From: Malacoraja senta
Taxonomy: Eukaryota
Length of the DNA: 64,000 nt
Reading direction: 5' to 3'
Assembly: GCA_038087875.1 (NCBI GenBank)
Contig: JAXLNO010000672.1
Span: 1-64,000 of the forward strand
Under the pieces are notes generated by a model. It saw only the letters and a program-made list of their open reading frames with translations. It was not told the origin of the DNA and made no database searches. Made by a program: the position numbers and the translations under genes. Within the stretch, counting starts at the first letter, position 1. Every line of letters starts with the position of its first letter. Shown in pieces: positions 48,901-60,900 of this stretch.

Positions 48901-51900
48901 TAATTGAAAAGTTGGTTTGAGAATGCCAAAGTTGCCTAGCCTAATTGAAAAGTTGGTTTGTGAATGCCAAAGTTGCCTTGCCTAATTGAAAAATTGGTTT
49001 GAGAATGCCAAAGTTGCCTTGCCTAATTGAAAAGTTGGTTTGAGAATGCCAAAGTTGCCTTGCCTAATTGAAAAGTTGGTTTGAGAATGTCAAAGTTGCC
49101 TTGCCTAATTGAACAGTTGGTTTGAGAATGCCAAAGTTGCCTTGCCAAATTGAAAAGTTGGTTTGAGAATGCTAAAGTTGCCTTGCCTAATTGAAAAGTT
49201 GGTTTGAGAATGCCAAAGTTGCCTCGCCTCATTGAAAAGTTGGTTTGAGAATGCCAAATTTGCCTTGCCTAATTGAAAAGTTGGTTTGAGAATGCCAAAG
49301 TTGCCTTGCCTAAAGGAAAAGTTCATTTGAGAATGCTTTGCCTATTTGAAAAGTTGATTTGAGAATGCCTTGCCAAATTGAAAATTGGGGTTGAGAATGC
49401 TAAAGTTGCCTTGCCTATTAGACAAGTTGGTTTGAGAATGCTAAAGTTGCCTTGCCTAAGTGAAAAGTTGATTTGAGAATGCCAAAGTTGCCTTGCCTAA
49501 TTGAAAAGTTGGTTTGAGAATGCCAAAGTTGCCTAATTGAAAAGTTGGTTTGAGGATGCTAAAGTTGCCTTGCCTTATTGAAAAGTTGGTTTGAGAATGC
49601 TAAAGTTGCCATGCCTAATTGAAAAGTTGATTAGAGAATGCCTTGCCTAATTGAATAGTTGGTTTGAGAATGCCAAAGTTGCCTTGCCTAATTGAAAAGT
49701 TGGTTTGAGAATGCCAAAGTTGCCTTGCCTAATTGAAAAGTTGGTTTGAGAATGCCAAAGTTGCCTTGCCTAATTGAAAAGTTGGTTTGAGAATGCCAAA
49801 GTTGCCTTGCCTAATTGAAAAGTTGGTTTGAGAATGCCAAAGTTGCCTTGCCTAATTGAAAAGTTGGTTTGAGAATGCTGGTTGCCTTGCCTAATTGAAA
49901 AGTTGGTTTGTGAATTCTAAATTTGCATTGCCTAATTGAATAGTTTGTTTGGGAATGCTTTGCCTATTTGAAAAGTTGATTTGAGAATGCCTTGCCAAAT
50001 TGAAAGGTTGGGTTGAGAATGCTAAAGTTGCCTTGCCTATTTGAGAAGTTGGTTTGAGAATGCTAAAGTTGCCTTGCCTAAGTGAAAAGTTGGTTTGAGA
50101 ATGCTAAAGTTGCCTTGCCTAATTGAAAAGTTGATTTGAGAATGCCTTGCATAATTGAAAAGTTGGTTTGAGAATGTCAACGTTGCCTTGCCTAATTGAA
50201 AAGTTGGTTTGAGAATGCTAAAGATGCCTGGCCTAATTCAAAAGTTGGTTTGAGAATGCTTTGTCTATTTAAAAGTTGATTTGAGAATGCCTTGCCTAAT
50301 TGAAAAGTTGGGTTGAGAATGCTAAAGTTGCCACCTAATTGGAAAGTTAGTTTGGGAATGCAAAAGTTGCCTTGCCTTATTGAAAAGTTGGTTTGAGAAT
50401 GCTAAAGTTGCCTTGCCTAATTGAAAAGTTGATTGGAGAATGCCTTGCCTAATTGAAATGTTGGTTTGAGAATGCCAAAGTTGCCTTGCCTAATTGAAAA
50501 GTTGGTTTGAGAATGCCAAAGTTGCCTTGCCTAATTGAAAAGTTGGTTTGAGAATGCCAAAGTTGCCTTGCCTAATTGAAAAGTTGGTTTGACAATGCCA
50601 AAGTTGCCGTGCCTAATTGAAAAGTTGGTTTGAGAAGGCCAAAGTTGCCTTGCCTAATTGAAAATTTCATTTGAGAATGCCAAAGTTGCCTTGCCTATTT
50701 GAAAAGTTGGATTGCAAATGCCAAAGTTGCTTTGCCTAATTGAAAAGTTGGTTTGAGAATGCCAAAGCTGCCTGGCCTAATTGAAAAGTTGGTTTGAGAA
50801 TGCCAAAGTTGCCTTGTCTAATTGAAAAGTTGGTTTGAGAATGCCAAAGTTGCCGTGCCTAAATGAAAAGTTAGTTTGAGAAGGCCAAAGTTGCCTTGCC
50901 TAATTGAAAAGTTCATTTGAGAATACCAAAGCTGCCTGGCCTAATTGAAAAGTTGGTTTGAGAATGCCAAAGTTGCCTTGCCTAATTGAAAAGTTGGTTT
51001 GAGAATGCCAAATTTGCCTTGTCTAATTGAAAAGATCATTTAAGAATGCTTTGCCTAATTCAAAATTGATTAGAGAATGCTTTGTCTACATGAAAAGTTG
51101 GTTTGAGAATTCCAAAGTTGCCTTGCCTAATTGAAAAGTTGGTTTGATAATGCCAAGTTGCCTTGCCTAATTGAAAAGTTGGTTTGAGAATGCCAAAGTT
51201 GCCTTGCCTAATTGAAAAGTTGGTTTGAGAATGCCTTGCCGAATTGAAAAGTTGGGTTGAGAATGCTAAAGCTGCCGTGCCTAATTGAATAGTTGGTTTG
51301 AGAATGCCAAATTTGCCTTGCCGAATTGAAAAGTTGTTTTGAGAATGCTAAAGTTGCCTTGCCTAATTGAAAAGTTGGTTTGAGAATGCCAAAGTTGCCT
51401 AGCCTAATTGAAAAGTTGGTTTGTGAATGCCAAAGTTGCCTTGCCTAATTGAAAAATTGGTTTGAGAATGCCAAAGTTGCCTTGCCTAATTGAAAAGTTG
51501 GTTTGAGAATGCCAAAGTTGCCTTGCCTAATTGAAAAGTTGGTTTGAGAATGTCAAAGTTGCCTTGCCTAATTGAACAGTTGGTTTGAGAATGCCAAAGT
51601 TGCCTTGCCAAATTGAAAAGTTGGTTTGAGAATGCTAAAGTTGCCTTGCCTAATTGAAAAGTTGGTTTGAGAATGCCAAAGTTGCCTCGCCTCATTGAAA
51701 AGTTGGTTTGAGAATGCCAAATTTGCCTTGCCTAATTGAAAAGTTGGTTTGAGAATGCCAAAGTTGCCTTGTCTAATTGAAAAGTTGGTTTTAGAATGCC
51801 AAAGTTGCCTTGCCTAAAGGAAAAGTTCGTTTGAGAATGCTTTGCCTATTTGAAAAGTTGCTTTGAGAATGCCTTGCCAAATTGAAAATTGGGGTTGAGA

Positions 51901-54900
51901 ATGCTAAAGTTGCCTTGCCTATTAGACAAGTTGGTTTGAGAATGCTAAAGTTGCCTTGCCTAAGTGAAAAGTTGATTTGAGAATGCCAAAGTTGCCTTGC
52001 CTAATTGAAAAGTTGGTTTGAGAATGCCAAAGTTGCCTTGCCTAATTGAAAAGTTGGTTTGAGGATGCTAAAGTTGCCTTGCCTTATTGAAAACTTGGTT
52101 TGAGAATGCTAAAGTTGCCATGCCTAATTGAAAAGTTGATTAGAGAATGCCTTGCCTAATTGAATAGTTGGTTTGAGAATGCCAAAGTTGCCTTGCCTAA
52201 TTGAAAAGTTGGTTTGAGAATGCCAAAGTTGCCTTGCCTAATTGAAAAGTTGGTTTGAGAATGCCAAAGTTGCCTTGCCTAATTGAAAAGTTGGTTTGAG
52301 AATGCCAAAGTTGCCTTGCCTAATTGAAAAGTTGGTTTGAGAATGCCAAAGTTGCCTTGCCTAATTGAAAAGTTGGTTTGAGAATGCTGGTTGCCTTGCC
52401 TAATTGAAAAGTTGGTTTGTGAATTCTAAATTTGCATTGCCTAATTGAATAGTTTGTTTGGGAATGCTTTGCCTATTTGAAAAGTTGATTTGAGAATGCC
52501 TTGCCAAATTGAAAGGTTGGGTTGAGAATGCTAAAGTTGCCTTGCCTATTTGAGAAGTTGGTTTGAGAATGCTAAAGTTGCCTTGCCTAAGTGAAAAGTT
52601 GGTTTGAGAATGCTAAAGTTGCCTTGCCTAATTGAAAAGTTGATTTGAGAATGCCTTGCATAATTGAAAAGTTGGTTTGAGAATGTCAACGTTGCCTTGC
52701 CTAATTGAAAAGTTGGTTTGAGAATGCTAAAGATGCCTGGCCTAATTCAAAAGTTGGTTTGAGAATGCTTTGTCTATTTGAAAAGTTGATTTGAGAATGC
52801 CTTGCCTAATTGAAAAGTTGGGTTGAGAATGCTAAAGTTGCCACCTAATTGGAAAGTTAGTTTGGGAATGCAAAAGTTGCCTTGCCTTATTGAAAAGTTG
52901 GTTTGAGAATGCTAAAGTTGCCTTGCCTAATTGAAAAGTTGATTGGAGAATGCCTTGCCTAATTGAAATGTTGGTTTGAGAATGCCAAAGTTGCCTTGCC
53001 TAATTGAAAAGTTGGTTTGAGAATGCCAAAGTTGCCTTGCCTAATTGAAAAGTTGGTTTGAGAATGCCAAAGTTGCCTTGCCTAATTGAAAAGTTGGTTT
53101 GACAATGCCAAAGTTGCCGTGCCTAATTGAAAAGTTGGTTTGAGAAGGCCAAAGTTGCCTTGCCTAATTGAAAATTTCATTTGAGAATGCCAAAGTTGCC
53201 TTGCCTATTTGAAAAGTTGGATTGCAAATGCCAAAGTTGCTTTGCCTAATTGAAAAGTTGGTTTGAGAATGCCAAAGCTGCCTGGCCTAATTGAAAAGTT
53301 GGTTTGAGAATGCCAAAGTTGCCTTGTCTAATTGAAAAGTTGGTTTGAGAATGCCAAAGTTGCCGTGCCTAAATGAAAAGTTAGTTTGAGAAGGCCAAAG
53401 TTGCCTTGCCTAATTGAAAAGTTCATTTGAGAATACCAAAGCTGCCTGGCCTAATTGAAAAGTTGGTTTGAGAATGCCAAAGTTGCCTTGCCTAATTGAA
53501 ATGTTGGTTTGAGAATGCCAAATTTGCCCTGTCTAATTGAAAAGATCATTTAAGAATGCTTTGCCTAATTCAAAATTGATTAGAGAATGCTTTGTCTACA
53601 TGAAAAGTTGGTTTGAGAATTCCAAAGTTGCCTTGCCTAATTGAAAAATTGGTTTGATAATGCCAAGTTGCCTTGCCTAATTGAAAAGTTGGTTTGAGAA
53701 TGCCAAAGTTGCCTTGCCTAATTGAAAAGTTGGTTTGAGAATGCCTTGCCGAATTGAAAAGTTGGGTTGAGAATGCTAAAGCTGCCGTGCCTAATTGAAT
53801 AGTTGGTTTGAGAATGCCAAATTTGCCTTGCCGAATTGAAAAGTTGTTTTGAGAATGCTAAAGTTGCCTTGCCTAATTGAAAAGTTGGTTTGAGAATGCC
53901 AAAGTTGCCTAGCCTAATTGAAAAGTTGGTTTGTGAATGCCAAAGTTGCCTTGCCTAATTGAAAAATTGGTTTGAGAATGCCAAAGTTGCCTTGCCTAAT
54001 TGAAAAGTTGGTTTGAGAATGCCAAAGTTGCCTTGCCTAATGGAAAAGTTGGTTTGAGAATGTCAAAGTTGCCTTGCCTAATTGAACAGTTGGTTTGAGA
54101 ATGCCAAAGTTGCCTTGCCAAATTGAAAAGTTGGTTTGAGAATGCTAAAGTTGCCTTGCCTAATTGAAAAGTTGGTTTGAGAATGCCAAAGTTGCCTCGC
54201 CTCATTGAAAAGTTGGTTTGAGAATGCCAAATTTGCCTTGCCTAATTGAAAAGTTGGTTTGAGAATGCCAAAGTTGCCTTGTCTAATTGAAAAGTTGGTT
54301 TTAGAATGCCAAAGTTGCCTTGCCTAAAGGAAAAGTTCGTTTGAGAATGCTTTGCCTATTTGAAAAGTTGATTTGAGAATGCCTTGCCAAATTGAAAATT
54401 GGGGTTGAGAATGCTAAAGTTGCCTTGCCTATTAGACAAGTTGGTTTGAGAATGCTAAAGTTGCCTTGCCTAAGTGAAAAGTTGATTTGAGAATGCCAAA
54501 GTTGCCTTGCCTAATTGAAAAGTTGGTTTGAGAATGCCAAAGTTGCCTTGCCTAATTGAAAAGTTGGTTTGAGGATGCTAAAGTTGCCTTGCCTTATTGA
54601 AAAGTTGGTTTGAGAATGCTAAAGTTGCCATGCCTAATTGAAAAGTTGATTAGAGAATGCCTTGCCTAATTGAATAGTTGGTTTGAGAATGCCAAAGTTG
54701 CCTTGCCTAATTGAAAGGTTGGTTTGAGAATGCCAAAGTTGCCTTGCCTAATTGAAAAGTTGGTTTGAGAATGCCAAAGTTGCCTTGCCTAATTGAAAAG
54801 TTGGTTTGAGAATGCCAAAGTTGCCTTGCCTAATTGAAAAGTTGGTTTGAGAATGCCAAAGTTGCCTTGCCTAATTGAAAAGTTGGTTTGAGAATGCCTT

Positions 54901-57900
54901 GCCGAATTGAAAAGTTGGGTTGAGAATGCTAAAGCTGCCGTGCCTAATTGAATAGTTGGTTTGAGAATGCCAAATTTGCCTTGCCGAATTGAAAAGTTGT
55001 TTTGAGAATGCTAAAGTTGCCTTGCCTAATTGAAAAGTTGGTTTGAGAATGCCAAAGTTGCCTAGCCTAATTGAAAAGTTGGTTTGTGAATGCCAAAGTT
55101 GCCTTGCCTAATTGAAAAATTGGTTTGAGAATGCCAAAGTTGCCTTGCCTAATTGAAAAGTTGGTTTGAGAATGCCAAAGTTGCCTTGCCTAATTGAAAA
55201 GTTGGTTTGAGAATGTCAAAGTTGCCTTGCCTAATTGAACAGTTGGTTTGAGAATGCCAAAGTTGCCTTGCCAAATTGAAAAGTTGGTTTGAGAATGCTA
55301 AAGTTGCCTTGCCTAATTGAAAAGTTGGTTTGAGAATGCCAAAGTTGCCTCGCCTCATTGAAAAGTTGGTTTGAGAATGCCAAATTTGCCTTGCCTAATT
55401 GAAAAGTTGGTTTGAGAATGCCAAAGTTGCCTTGTCTAATTGAAAAGTTGGTTTTAGAATGCCAAAGTTGCCTTGCCTAAAGGAAAAGTTCGTTTGAGAA
55501 TGCTTTGCCTATTTGAAAAGTTGATTTGAGAATGCCTTGCCAAATTGAAAATTGGGGTTGAGAATGCTAAAGTTGCCTTGCCTATTAGACAAGTTGGTTT
55601 GAGAATGCTAAAGTTGCCTTGCCTAAGTGAAAAGTTGATTTGAGAATGCCAAAGTTGCCTTGCCTAATTGAAAAGTTGGTTTGAGAATGCCAAAGTTGCC
55701 TTGCCTAATTGAAAAGTTGGTTTGAGGATGCTAAAGTTGCCTTGCCTTATTGAAAAGTTGGTTTGAGAATGCTAAAGTTGCCATGCCTAATTGAAAAGTT
55801 GATTAGAGAATGCCTTGCCTAATTGAATAGTTGGTTTGAGAATGCCAAAGTTGCCTTGCCTAATTGAAAGGTTGGTTTGAGAATGCCAAAGTTGCCTTGC
55901 CTAATTGAAAAGTTGGTTTGAGAATGCCAAAGTTGCCTTGCCTAATTGAAAAGTTGGTTTGAGAATGCCAAAGTTGCCTTGCATAATTGAAAAGTTGGTT
56001 TGAGAATGCCAAAGTTGCCTTGCCTAATTGAAAAGTTGGTTTGAGAATGCCAAAGTTGCCTTGCCTAATTGAAAAGTTGGTTTGAGAATGCTGGTTGCCT
56101 TGCCTAATTGAAAAGTTGGTTTGTGAATTCTAAATTTGCATTGCCTAATTGAATAGTTTGTTTGGGAATGCTTTGCCTATTTGAAAAGTTGATTTGAGAA
56201 TGCCTTGCCAAATTGAAAGGTTGGGTTGAGAATGCTAAAGTTGCCTTGCCTATTTGAGAAGTTGGTTTGAGAATGCTAAAGTTGCCTTGCCTAAGTGAAA
56301 AGTTGGTTTGAGAATGCTAAAGTTGCCTTGCCTAATTGAAAAGTTGATTTGAGAATGCCTTGCATAATTGAAAAGTTGGTTTGAGAATGCCAAAGTTGCC
56401 TTGCCTAATTGAAAATTTTGTTTGAGAATACCAAAGTTGCCGTGCCTAATTGAAAAGTTGGTTTGAGAATGTCAACGTTGCCTTGCCTAATTGAAAAGTT
56501 GGTTTGAGAATGCTAAAGATGCCTGGCCTAATTCAAAAGTTGGTTTGAGAATGCTTTGTCTATTTGAAAAGTTGATTTGAGAATGCCTTGCCTAATTGAA
56601 AAGTTGGGTTGAGAATGCTAAAGTTGCCACCTAATTGGAAAGTTAGTTTGGGAATGCAAAAGTTGCCTTGCCTTATTGAAAAGTTGGTTTGAGAATGCTA
56701 AAGTTGCCTTGCCTAATTGAAAAGTTGATTGGAGAATGCCTTGCCTAATTGAAATGTTGGTTTGAGAATGCCAAAGTTGCCTTGCCTAATTGAAAAGTTG
56801 GTTTGAGAATGCCAAAGTTGCCTTGCCTAATTGAAAAGTTGGTTTGACAATGCCAAAGTTGCCGTGCCTAATTGAAAAGTTGGTTTGAGAAGGCCAAAGT
56901 TGCCTTGCCTAATTGAAAAGTTCATTTGAGAATACCAAAGCTGCCTGGCCTAATTGAAAAGTTGGTTTGAGAATGCCAAAGTTGCCTTGCCTAATTGAAA
57001 AGTTGGTTTGAGAAAGCCAAAGTTGCCTTGCCTAATTGAAAAGATGGTTTGAGAATGCCAAAGTTGCTGTGCCTAAATGAAAAGTTGGTTTGAGGAGGCC
57101 AAAGTTGCCTTGCCTAATTCAAAAGTTCTTTTGAGAATACCAAAGTTGCCTTGCCTAATTGAAAAGTTGGATTGAGAATGCCAAAGTTGCCTTGCCTAAT
57201 TGAAAAGTTGGTTTGATAATGCCAAAGTTGCCTTGCCTAATTGAACAGTTGGTTTGAAAATGCCAAAGTTTCCTTGATTAATTGAAAAGTTGGTTTGAGA
57301 ATGCCAAAGTTGCCTTGCCTAATTGAAAAGTTTGTTTGAGAATGCCAAATTTGCCTTGTCTAATTGAAAAGATCATTTAAGAATGCTTTGCCTAATTCAA
57401 AATTGATTAGAGAATGCTTTGTCTACATGAAAAGTTGGTTTGAGAATTCCAAAGTTGCCTTGCCTAATTGAAAAGTTGGTTTGAGAATGCCAAAGTTGCC
57501 TTGCCTAATTGAACAGTTGGTTTGAGAATGCCAAAGTTGCCTTGCCTAATTGAAAAGTTTGTTTGAGAATGATTTGCCAATTTGAAAAGTTGATTTGAGA
57601 ATGCCTTGCCGAATTGAAAAGTTGGGATGAGAATGCTAAAGTTGCCTAATTGAAAAGTTGGTTTGAGAATGCCAAAGATGCCTTGCCTAATTGAAAAGTT
57701 GGTTTGAGAATGTCAAAGTTGCCTTGCCTAATTGAAAAGTTCGTTTGATAATGCCAAAGTTGCCTTGCCTAATTGAAAAGTTTGTTTGAGAATGATTTGC
57801 CTATTTGAAAAGTTGATTTGAGAATGCCTTGCCGAATTGAAAAGTTGGGATAAGAATGCAAAATTGCCTTGCATATTTGAATAGTTGGTTTGAGAATGCT

Positions 57901-60900
57901 AATGTTGCATTGCCTAAGTGAAAAGTTGGTTTGAGAATACTAAAGTTGCCTTGCCTGTGAAAAGTTGGTTTGATAATGCCAAGTTGCCTTGCCTAATTGA
58001 AAAGTTGGTTTGAGAATGCCAAAGTTGCCTTGCTTAATTGAAAAGTTGGTTTGAGATTGCCAAAGTTGCCTTGCCTAATTGAAAAGTTTGTTTGAGAATG
58101 ACAAAGATGCCTTGCCTAATTGAAAAGTTGGTTTGAGAATGCCAAAGTTGCCTTGCATAATTGAAAAGTTGGTTTGAGAATGCCAAAGTTGCCTTGCCTA
58201 ATTGAAAATTGGTTTGAGAATGCCAAAGATGCCTTGCCTAATTGAAAAGTTGGTTTGAGAATGCCTTGCCTAATTGAAAAGTTGGTTTGAGAATGCCAAA
58301 GTTGCCTTGCCTAATTGAAAAGTTGGTTTGAGAATGTCAAAGTTACCTTGCCTAATTGAAAAGTTGGTTTGAGAATGCCAAAGTTGCCTTGCCTAATTGA
58401 AAAGTTGGTTTGAGAATGCCTTGCCTAATTGAAAAGTTGGTTTGAGAATGCCAAAGTTGCCGTGCCTAATTGAAAAGTTGGTTTGAGAAGGCCAAAGTTG
58501 CCTTGCCTAATTGAAAAGTTCATTTGAGAAAACCAAAGTTGCCTTGCCTAATTGAAAAGTTGGATTGAGAATGCCAAAGTTGCCTTGTCTAATTGAAAAG
58601 TTGGTTTGAGAATGCCAAAGTTGCCTTGCCTAAGTGTAAAGTTGGTTTGAGAATGCCAAAGTTGCCTTGCCTAATTGAAAAGTTGGTTTGAGAATGTCAA
58701 AGTTGCTTTGCCTAATTGAAAAGTTGGTTTGAGAATGCCAACGTTCCCTTGAGTAATTGAAAAGTTGGTTTGAGAATGCCTTGCCTAATTGAAAAGCTGG
58801 TTTGAGAATGCCAAAGTTGCCTTGCCTAATTGAAAAGTTGGTTTGAACATGTCAAAGTTGCCTTGCCTAATTGAAAAGTTGGTTTGAGAATGCCAAAGTT
58901 GCCTTGCCTAATTGAAAAGTTGGTTTGAGAATGCCTTGCCTATTTGAAAAGTTGACTTGAGAATGCCTTGCCGAATTGAAAAGTTGGGTTGGGAATGCTA
59001 AAGCTGCCTTGCCTATTTGAAAAGATGGTTTGAGAATGCTAAAGTTGCCTTTCCTAAGTGAAAAGTTGGTTTGAGAATGCTAAAGTTGCCTTGCCTTATT
59101 GTAAAGTTGATTTGAGAATGCCTTGCCTAATTAAAAAGATGGTTTGAGAATGCTAAAGTTGCCTTGCCTAATTGAAAAGTTGGTTTGAACATGTCAAAGT
59201 TGCCTTGCCTAATTGAAAAGTTGGTTTGAGAATGCCAAAGTTGCCTTGCCTAATTGAAAAGTTGGTTTGAGAATGCCTTGCCTATTTGAAAAGTTGACTT
59301 GAGAATGCCTTGCCGAATTGAAAAGTTGGGTTGGGAATGCTAAAGCTGCCTTGCCTAATTGAAAAGTTAGTTTGATAATGCCAAAGTTGCCTTGCCTAAT
59401 TGAAAAGTTGGTTTGAGAATGCCAAAGTTGCCTTGCCTAATTGAAAAGTTGGTTTGAGAATGCCAAAGTTGCCTTGCCTAATTGAAAAGTTGGTTTGAGA
59501 ATGCCAAAGTTGCCTTGCCTAATTGAAAAGTTGGTTTGAGAATGCCAAAGTTGCCTTGCCTAATTGAAAAGTTGGTTTGAGAATGCCAAAGTTGCCTTGC
59601 CTAATTGAAAAGTTGGTTTGTGAATGCCAGATGCCTTGCGTAATTGATAAGTTGGTTTGAGAAAGCCAAAGTTGCCTTGCCTAATTGAAAAGTGCGTTTG
59701 AGAATGCTTTGCCTATTTGAAAACTTGATTTGAGAATGCCTTGCCGAATTGAACAGTTGGGTTGAGAATGCTAAAGTTGCCTTGCCTATTTGAAAAGTTG
59801 GTTTGAGAATGCTAAAGTTGCCTTGCCTAAGTGAAAAGTTGGTTTGAGAATGCAAAAGTTGCCTTGCCTAAATGAAAAGTTGATTTGAGAATGCCTTGCC
59901 TAATTGAAAAGTTGGTTTGAGAATGCCAAAGTTGCCTTGCCTAATTGAAAAGTTGGTTTGATAATGTCAAAGTTGCCTTGCCTAATTGAAAAGTTGGTTT
60001 GAGAATGCCAAAGTTGCCTTGCCTAAGTGAAAAGTTGGTTTGAGAATGCCAAAGTTGCCTTGCCTAATTGAAAAGTTGGTTTGAGAATGTCAAAGTTGCT
60101 TTGCCTAATTGAAAAGTTGGTTTAAGAATGCCAAAGTTCCCTTGAGTAATTGAAAAGTTGGTTTGAGAATGCCTTGCCTAATTGAAAAGTTGGTTTGAGA
60201 ATTCCAAAGTTGCCTTGCCTAATTGAAAAGTTGGTTTGAACATGTCAAAGTTGCCTTGCCTAATTCAAAAGTTGGTTTGAGAATGCCAAAGTTGCCTTGC
60301 CTAATTGAAAAGTTGGTTTGAGAATGCCTTGCCTATTTGAAAAGTTGACTTGAGAATGCCTTGCCGAATTGAAAAGTTGGGTTGAGAATGCTAAAGCTGC
60401 CTTGCCTATTTGAAAAGTTGGTTTGAGAATGCTAAAGTTGCCTTGCCTTATTGAAAAGTTGATTTGAGAATGCCTTGCCTAATTGAAAAGTTGGTTTGAG
60501 AATGCTAATGTTGCCTTGCCTAATTGAAAAGTTAGTTCGATAATGCCAAAGTTGCCTTGCCTAATTGAAAAGTTGGTTTGAGAATGCCAAAGTTGCCTTG
60601 CCTAATTGAAAAGTTGGTTTGAGAATGCCAGATGCCTTGTGTAATTGATAAGTTGGTTTGAGAATGCCAAAGTTGCCTTGCCTAATTGAAAAGTGCATTT
60701 GAGAATGCTTTGCCTATTTGAAAAGTTGATTTGAGAATGTCTTGCCGAATTGAAAACTTGGGTTGAGAATGCTAAAGTTGCCTTGCCTAATTGAAAAGTT
60801 GGTTTGAGAATGCCAAAGTTGCCTTGCCTAATTGAAAAGTTGGTTTGAGAATGCCAAAGTTGCCTTGCCTAATTGAAAAGTTGGTTTGAGAATGCCAGAT

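Noticed and set aside
48597..59855. Repeated short ORFs (GNFGILKPTFQLGKAT...)
   Set aside because: Translations of the satellite; useful only as HOR markers.
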